From: Bacillota bacterium
GTDB lineage: Bacteria; Bacillota; Clostridia; Oscillospirales; Ruminococcaceae
Assembly (NCBI GenBank): GCA_023439835.1
Contig: JAEXUW010000013.1
Span: 22,099-86,098, forward strand
Length of the DNA stretch: 64,000 bases
Reading direction: 5' to 3'
The notes under the pieces are model-generated. The model worked only from the letters and a program-made list of their open reading frames with translations, ran no database searches and was not told the DNA's origin. The translations under genes were made by a program, and so were the position numbers. Shown here in pieces: positions 58,244 through 64,000 of this stretch (position 1 is its first letter; each line of letters begins with the position of its first letter).

Positions 58244-59979
58244 TAGTTTCCCCCTCCTATCGCATCAAACGGGCAGAGCGAAGCGCAAAGCGAGCAGCCT
58301 GTGCATTGTGTGCTGTCAATTTTTGCTGTTTTACCCTTCATTGAAATTGCGGGACAGCCGACATTTAGACAAGCCTTACAGCCTTTGCATTTATCAGCGT
58401 CAACCACGAGCGGAGTGCTGTGCTTGACATATTTCAAAAGCGCACAAGGACGGCGCGCAATGATAACTGACGGCTCATTTGCTGCGAGCTCTTCTTTTAT
58501 AGCTTTTTCAGTTTCTTTTAAGTCATAAGGGTCAATTACACGGATTCTGTTAATTCCGACGGCTTCGCATAGCTTTTCAAGCGAAACCTTTGCGGCAGGG
58601 TCACCTTTAAGGTTGTAGCCAGTAGTCGGATTGTGCTGATGCCCCGTCATACCGGTGATAGAATTATCAAGGATAAGCACCGTCGAATTCGAGCCGTTAT
58701 AGGCGATATTGACAAGCCCTGTGATTCCTGAATGCATGAAGGTTGAATCACCGATGACGGCGACGGTGTTTTTCTCTGCTTCTGCTCCTCTTGCTTTATT
58801 AAAGCCGTGAAGCCCAGAAATTGACGCACCCATGCAAATGGTGGTGTCCATTGCGTTTAATGGTGCAACAGCGCCGAGTGTATAACAGCCGATGTCACCG
58901 CTGACAGTCAGCTTTAACTTTTTCAGAGTATAAAACACCCCTCTGTGAGGACAGCCCGCACACATTACAGGCGGTCTGACCGGAACGCTTTCACCAAACG
59001 CTGAAAACTCAACCTTTTCACCGAGTATTTTTTCGGCAATAATCGACTGTGAGTATTCGCCGATTAACGAGAAAAGCTCTTTTCCGATTACTTTTATTCC
59101 ATGCTTTTTACAGTGGGTTTCAAAAATATCGTCAAGCTCCTCGAGCACATAAACAGTTTCAAACTTTGAAGCAAAATCCTCAATAAGCTTTACGGGAAGC
59201 GGGTTGACCATGCCGAGCTTTAAATAAGAAGCCTTTTCGCCGAGAGCCTCTTTGGCATACTGATATGACGTGCCGGAGGTGATAACGCCGATTTTTGCGC
59301 CGGAATTCATTTCGGTCTTGTTGATAGGTGCAGTTTCGGCATACTCTGTGAGCTTTAAGGTTCTTTCCTCAACGACAACGTGGCGAAGTCTGGCAAACGC
59401 AGGCATCATAACATACTTTTGCGGATTTTTTGTATAGTCCAAAACGCCGACCTCATTACGCTCAGAAATCTCAACAATACTCTGTGAATGAGAAATTCTT
59501 GTTGAAAGTCTTATAAGAACTGGCGTGTCGAACTTCTCTGAAAGCTCAAAGGCAAGCTTTGTGAATTCAAGACATTCAGAAGAATCAGACGGCTCAAGCA
59601 TCGGGACCTTTGAGGCAATTGCATAGTGCCTTGAGTCCTGTTCGTTCTGTGAGGAGTGCATTCCCGGGTCGTCGGCGACAGCAATGACAAGTCCGCCGTT
59701 TACGCCTGAATAAGCGACAGTGAAAAGCGGGTCAGCGGCAACGTTAAGACCGACATGCTTCATGGCGCAGAATGCCCTTGCACCGCCGATTGAAGCGCCT
59801 ATTGCAACCTCACAGGCAACCTTTTCGTTGGGTGCCCATTCGCTGTACATTTCGTCATATTTTGCGGCAAATTCAGTTATTTCTGTGCTGGGCGTGCCCG
59901 GATAGCTTGAAATCACTGTTACTCCCGCTTCAAAAAGCCCTCTGGCAACTGCTTCGTTGCCGAGCATGAGTTTTTTCAT
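58243..59979 (-). CDS. iorA: Indolepyruvate:ferredoxin oxidoreductase alpha subunit (TPP plus 2x[4Fe-4S])
   Basis: Start at MKKLMLGNEA (RBS GGAGGAA); TPP-binding GDS/GDG motifs, C-terminal CxxCxxCxxxCP ferredoxin motifs; stop overlaps iorB start (TAATG). Confidence 0.9.
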   Translation of the reverse strand: MKKLMLGNEAVARGLFEAGVTVISSYPGTPSTEITEFAAKYDEMYSEWAPNEKVACEVAIGASIGGARAFCAMKHVGLNVAADPLFTVAYSGVNGGLVIAVADDPGMHSSQNEQDSRHYAIASKVPMLEPSDSSECLEFTKLAFELSEKFDTPVLIRLSTRISHSQSIVEISERNEVGVLDYTKNPQKYVMMPAFARLRHVVVEERTLKLTEYAETAPINKTEMNSGAKIGVITSGTSYQYAKEALGEKASYLKLGMVNPLPVKLIEDFASKFETVYVLEELDDIFETHCKKHGIKVIGKELFSLIGEYSQSIIAEKILGEKVEFSAFGESVPVRPPVMCAGCPHRGVFYTLKKLKLTVSGDIGCYTLGAVAPLNAMDTTICMGASISGLHGFNKARGAEAEKNTVAVIGDSTFMHSGITGLVNIAYNGSNSTVLILDNSITGMTGHQHNPTTGYNLKGDPAAKVSLEKLCEAVGINRIRVIDPYDLKETEKAIKEELAANEPSVIIARRPCALLKYVKHSTPLVVDADKCKGCKACLNVGCPAISMKGKTAKIDSTQCTGCSLCASLCPFDAIGGGN

Positions 59980-60013
59980 TACATTTTCCTCCGTAAGTTT
60001 TATATGGTAAAGG

Positions 60014-61315
60014 TCAGTTTCCTCTGAGGTCGAGAATACGCTTTGCCTTCCCCTGAAATCTTTCAAGTGTTTTATGTTCAACAAGGGAAACCTTTGTGTC
60101 AATTCCTAATACTGTTTTAAGATTGTGATGGATTTTGTTTCTCAAGGCCTCAAGCTCACCGTAATTTTCAAGAAGCTTAGCGTCTGAAAGCTCAACCTTG
60201 ACCTCAAGAGCATCTGAGAATTTTTCTCTCGTGACAACAAGCTGATAGTGCGGGGCAATCTGGTCAAACGCCATGAGTACACTTTCAATCTGTGAGGGAA
60301 ATACGTTAACGCCCCTGATTTTGAGCATATCATCGCTTCTGCCCTTGATTTTTGACATTCTCACAAAGGTTCTTCCGCACTGACAAGGCTCATAGTTAAG
60401 CTCGGTAATATCCTTTGTTCTGTATCTGAGCATCGGGATCCCCTCTTTGGTGAGGGTGGTTATGACAAGCTCACCCTGTTCACCTTTAGGAAGAACCTCC
60501 AAAGTCTGTGAGTTGATTATTTCAGCTAAGAAATGGTCCTCATTTATATGCATTCCGCAGCGGTATTTGCATTCGCCGCTAACGCCGGGGCCCATAAGCT
60601 CACTCATTCCGTAGTTGTCGGTTGCAAAGAGATTAAGTGATTTTTCAATCTGACCACGCATTTCCTCGGTGCAACCCTCTGAGCCGAACAGACCAAGCTT
60701 CAGATGAATATTATCAAGCACGCCCATTTCGCTTGCCATTTCACCGATATACTGAGCATATGACGGTGTTGAAACAAGGGCAGAGGTTTTGAAATCCTGC
60801 ATTAGCATAATTTGCTTTTCGGTGTTCCCGCTTGAGGTGGGAACAATGGTAGCACCGATTTTTTCAAGTCCGTAGTGAAGCCCAAGAGCGCCGGTAAAAA
60901 GCCCATAGCCAAAAGCAATCTGAACGATATCTTCGTCGCTTGCTCCAACCGCCATGCAAAGTCTTGCGACGCAGTCGCCCCAGTTGTCAAGGTCACGCTG
61001 AGTATAGCCAACTACTGTGGGCTTGCCGGTTGTTCCAGACGATGCGTGAATACGGACGATTTTTTTCAAAGGCTGACCAAACAGGCCAAAAGGATATGTA
61101 TCCCTTATATCCTCCTTTGTGGTATAGGGGATATACTCAATGTCTGAAAGTGATTTTATTTTTTCTGATGTAACGCCCGCCTCTGTTAATCGTTTATTAT
61201 AAAACGGAATATTGTCAGTGCAGTACTTTACAAGCCATTTAAGTCGTTCAAGCTGAAGCTCTTCAAGCTTTTCGCGCGGCATAGTTTCAATTTCCTTCTG
61301 AAAGAACATAATCAA
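60014..61315 (-). CDS. paaK: Phenylacetate--CoA ligase family (second PaaK paralog)
   Basis: 433 aa; about 45% identical in pattern to 54974-56287; adenylation motifs. Confidence 0.88.
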   Translation of the reverse strand: MIMFFQKEIETMPREKLEELQLERLKWLVKYCTDNIPFYNKRLTEAGVTSEKIKSLSDIEYIPYTTKEDIRDTYPFGLFGQPLKKIVRIHASSGTTGKPTVVGYTQRDLDNWGDCVARLCMAVGASDEDIVQIAFGYGLFTGALGLHYGLEKIGATIVPTSSGNTEKQIMLMQDFKTSALVSTPSYAQYIGEMASEMGVLDNIHLKLGLFGSEGCTEEMRGQIEKSLNLFATDNYGMSELMGPGVSGECKYRCGMHINEDHFLAEIINSQTLEVLPKGEQGELVITTLTKEGIPMLRYRTKDITELNYEPCQCGRTFVRMSKIKGRSDDMLKIRGVNVFPSQIESVLMAFDQIAPHYQLVVTREKFSDALEVKVELSDAKLLENYGELEALRNKIHHNLKTVLGIDTKVSLVEHKTLERFQGKAKRILDLRGN

Positions 61316-61392
61316 ACTCCTTTATACAGATATTATAATTATATACTGCTTTGTTATTAAAAACAACCCCGAATACACAAAAAAACACTAAA

Positions 61393-61421
61393 ATCGCCGC
61401 AAATTTCATTGCGGCGACTTA
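61393..61421 (-). terminator. Terminator of the SSS transporter gene
   Basis: atcgccgcaa atttcatt gcggcgat stem; U-run on minus strand. Confidence 0.7.
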
Positions 61422-61442
61422 AATAGTGAAACAAACACTAAA

Positions 61443-62969
61443 TTATTTGCTATAGCAGGAAAAAACCTCGTCAATATATTTCTCATCTTTGGTTTTTGTG
61501 AGTGCGCTTATTATCGGGACGATTATCAGTCCGACAAGCATCGCAAAGGCGCCCGCGTTAATCGGTGAGAGTATATTCACCTTGAAGCCCAAGCCCTTCA
61601 CCTTATCGACAAGCGAGGGGAAAAGGTTCATGCTAAAGAGCACCATGTGTATTACGGTGATTCCCACACCGGAAATGAAGCTTGCCCAAACCGCCTGTTT
61701 TGTGATTTTCTTTGAGAAAAGCCCATACACAAACGGCGCTAAGAATGCACCGGCGAGAGCGCCCCATGAAATTGACATGAGTGTGGTGATATATGTGTTA
61801 GGGTTTAGAGCAATTATTACTGAAATTATCAAGAAAACAGCAATGAAAAGTCTGATGAAAAATACCTGCTCCTTTTGGTCGGGCTTATTCTTTCTCAGCG
61901 GGTTGATAAGGTCAATGACAACAGTTGAGCTTGATGTGAGAACAAGTGATGACAGCGTTGACATTGATGCTGAAAGCACAAGCACCACGACTATTCCGAT
62001 GAGAATGTCAGGCAGAGCCGTCTGAAGCATTTTCGGAACTATTGTGTCAAACATGAGCTTTCCGCCGCCTTCAGGAGTAATCTCAGCCTGAGTGACAAAC
62101 AGCCTGCCGAATGCGCCCAAGAAATATGAGCCACCCGCAATGATTAATGCGAAAACTGTGGAGATGATGGTTCCTCTTTTAATAGCTGAGGTGTCTTTTA
62201 TCGTGTAGAATTTATGTATCATCTGAGGGAGTCCCCAGGTCCCGAGCGAGGTGAGTATAACGACGCCGATGAGATTAATGGGGTCAGGCCCGAAGAGCGA
62301 GCCGAGTGAGCCGTCACCTGTTTCTTTAAGTGTTTTTATAGCGGTAAACATTCCGCCTTTTTCTGATAGCGCTGAAATAATTACGGCTATTATTCCGCCA
62401 ATCATAATAATACCCTGAATAAAATCGTTGATAGCGGTAGCCATGTATCCGCCGAGGATAACGTAAACTGCGGTCAGAATTGCCATTCCAATGATGCAGT
62501 ATTCAAACTTAATGTTGAATGCCATCTCAAAAAGTCTTGACAGTCCGTTATACACCGATGAAGTGTAGGGAATAAGGAAAATGAAAACAATCATTGCCGC
62601 TGTTATCTTGAGCGGGCGTGAATTGTATCTTTTCTCAAAGAATTCAGGCATTGTCGCCGCACTGAGATGCTTTGACATTGCACGTGTTCTTTCGCCGAGA
62701 ATAAGCCAAGCCAGCATACTGCCGACTATTGCGTTTCCGATGCCTATCCATGTTGCCGAAACGCCGTAGGTCCAGCCAAACTGACCCGCATAGCCGATGA
62801 ATACAACCGCTGAAAAATATGATGTTCCATAAGCAAAGGCGGTGAACCATGCACCAAGATTTCGTCCCCCAAGAACAAACTCAGACACGTTAGCCGCTTT
62901 TTTTCTGCAATAAACGCCTATTCCAATCATTAAAATAAGATAGGCTATTAAAATTACCCAAGTTACCAT
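61443..62969 (-). CDS. Sodium:solute symporter (SSS family; PutP/PanF-like)
   Basis: 508 aa, 13 TM helices, SSS family conserved N-terminal block. Confidence 0.85.
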   Translation of the reverse strand: MVTWVILIAYLILMIGIGVYCRKKAANVSEFVLGGRNLGAWFTAFAYGTSYFSAVVFIGYAGQFGWTYGVSATWIGIGNAIVGSMLAWLILGERTRAMSKHLSAATMPEFFEKRYNSRPLKITAAMIVFIFLIPYTSSVYNGLSRLFEMAFNIKFEYCIIGMAILTAVYVILGGYMATAINDFIQGIIMIGGIIAVIISALSEKGGMFTAIKTLKETGDGSLGSLFGPDPINLIGVVILTSLGTWGLPQMIHKFYTIKDTSAIKRGTIISTVFALIIAGGSYFLGAFGRLFVTQAEITPEGGGKLMFDTIVPKMLQTALPDILIGIVVVLVLSASMSTLSSLVLTSSSTVVIDLINPLRKNKPDQKEQVFFIRLFIAVFLIISVIIALNPNTYITTLMSISWGALAGAFLAPFVYGLFSKKITKQAVWASFISGVGITVIHMVLFSMNLFPSLVDKVKGLGFKVNILSPINAGAFAMLVGLIIVPIISALTKTKDEKYIDEVFSCYSK

Positions 62970-63138
62970 TCAATTACCCCCGTTATTCGCTTGAAAGCTT
63001 TAAATCTTTTTACCGATTATGCTTTAAAGCTTTTATTTAGTAAAGCAATATTTATTATAACATAAGGGGGAGAAATGTCAAGAATGATAATAAACAAAAA
63101 AAGCCGCCGCTTTCTGTGAGAAAAAGCGACGGAGCGTT

Positions 63139-63852
63139 CTATTTTTTCTTAATATATACAATTTTCTTTCGGGATTCAATGTCGAAGCATTTTAAAGAGC
63201 CGATAAGTGGTGTGAGCTTGACAAAACCATAGTTTCTGACGTCAAAATCAGAAAAGCGTTTATAGAGAAAATTCCCGATGTCACTGAGCGGACACCAGCC
63301 GTCTTCATCTGATTTTTCATCGACGATTGAGAGGATTGCGCTTTTTACAGTTTCAAGACTTGTAACAGTTTCGTCCTTTGAGGAAAGTAATGCGTTCTTC
63401 TCTGGGTTTTCTATGCTTGCCGCTAGAATATCAAGGTATTTGAATTTGTTACAGGCGGCAACAAACGGGGGAGGCGTTTTCTTCTCACCCATACCGACAA
63501 CGTACATTCCAGACTCTCTAAGTCGTGAGGCAAGCCTTGTGAAGTCACTGTCGCTTGATACAATGCAAAAGCCCTCAACATTTTTGCTGTAAAGAATGTC
63601 CATAGCGTCGATAATCATGGCTGAGTCTGTTGCGTTCTTCCCCACTGTATAGCTGTACTGCTGAATAGGGGTGATGGAGTTGTTTAAAAGAATATTCTTC
63701 CACGGGCCGAGAGATGGCTTTGTCCAGTCACCGTAAATTCTTTTATAGGTGACAACGCCGTCGTTTGAAAGCTCATCAAAAATGTGCTTTATATATTTGT
63801 CTGAAATATTGTCGGCATCAATTAATACCGCAAACCTTTTCTCGTCGTTCAT
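63139..63852 (-). CDS. NYN (LabA-like PIN) domain protein with C-terminal OST-HTH/LOTUS domain
   Basis: N-terminus FAVLIDADNISDKY...GKNATDSAMIIDAM...SSDSDF (NYN acidic residues); C-terminal OST-HTH-like segment. Confidence 0.8.
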   Translation of the reverse strand: MNDEKRFAVLIDADNISDKYIKHIFDELSNDGVVTYKRIYGDWTKPSLGPWKNILLNNSITPIQQYSYTVGKNATDSAMIIDAMDILYSKNVEGFCIVSSDSDFTRLASRLRESGMYVVGMGEKKTPPPFVAACNKFKYLDILAASIENPEKNALLSSKDETVTSLETVKSAILSIVDEKSDEDGWCPLSDIGNFLYKRFSDFDVRNYGFVKLTPLIGSLKCFDIESRKKIVYIKKK

Positions 63853-63905
63853 TGCATACCTCCAGTTTAAAACGCCTGCGGCACTTTGCAGCAGGCGTCA
63901 ATTTA

Positions 63906-64000
63906 TTATTGCTTGATGTAGCTAACAGGGTTCTTCCACGTGCCGTTATATCTCACTTCAAAGTGAAGATGATTCCCGTACGATTTACCGGTAGAGCCGA
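63906..64000 (-). CDS. C-terminal end of a peptidase M23 family protein (gene continues beyond window end)
   Basis: Reverse translation ...GSTGKSYGNHLHFEVRYNGTWKNPVSYIKQ* matches M23 (LytM) C-terminal HxH motif region. Confidence 0.6.
   Translation of the reverse strand, partial: GSTGKSYGNHLHFEVRYNGTWKNPVSYIKQ

Noticed and set aside
61489-62025. Plus-strand 178-aa ORF
   Set aside because: Antisense within the SSS symporter gene; Ser/Thr/Ile-rich composition mirroring a membrane protein on the opposite strand.
1-64000. tRNA, rRNA, transposase, integrase, restriction-modification or other canonical defence genes
   Set aside because: No cloverleaf-like conserved tRNA motifs, no rRNA-like conserved blocks, and no ORF with DDE, tyrosine or serine recombinase or methyltransferase motifs were seen.

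Overview
This 64 kb window is a dense chromosomal segment that looks like a sporulating, fermentative Firmicute (Clostridia/Oscillospiraceae-like; about 42-45% GC, AGGAGG-type RBSs, sporulation-type genes spoVB-like, dacB-like and DUF421). It contains about 75 genes, mostly housekeeping or metabolic, and no transposase, integrase, CRISPR array, tRNA or rRNA. Recognisable content, in order: htpG (5' part), a secreted GH5 endoglucanase with a CBM and Ser/Asp linkers, feoA-feoA-feoB plus a small Cys-rich FeoB partner, a VanY-like D,D-carboxypeptidase, the conserved asp23-yloV-recG block, DUF421/DUF4363, nrdR, ldh, and an orphan phage Gp37/Gp68 gene. Next comes an IclR-controlled sugar-acid catabolic cluster (BNR/sialidase-like protein, DapA-family aldolase, TctCBA tripartite tricarboxylate transporter, FucI-type isomerase, AraB-type kinase, YhcH). 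After that: an ABC-2 exporter, a Dabb protein, NfeD-flotillin, spoVB-like flippase, a PBP5-type carboxypeptidase, two pentapeptide-repeat proteins, YhhN, CapA, RNase P RNA (rnpB, not in the ORF track), glmS, rpiB, tsaB, tsaE, fhs, a RodA/FtsW-family protein, and tcdA. The window ends with a GntR(YtrA-like)-ABC operon with tandem-duplicated membrane genes, an aromatic 2-oxoacid operon (paaK-iorA-iorB-hypothetical-paaK-ACT) with an upstream SSS symporter, a NYN/OST-HTH protein and the 3' end of an M23 peptidase. The most interesting candidate is the IclR-regulated cluster at about 17.3-27.3 kb. Its gene content is best explained as a pathway for a 3-deoxy-2-ulosonic acid such as KDO (hydrolase, then aldolase giving pyruvate plus D-arabinose, then FucI-type isomerase, then ribulokinase), imported by a tripartite tricarboxylate transporter and controlled through three copies of a 24-bp composite palindromic operator. 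This is an inference from gene content, not a demonstrated function.
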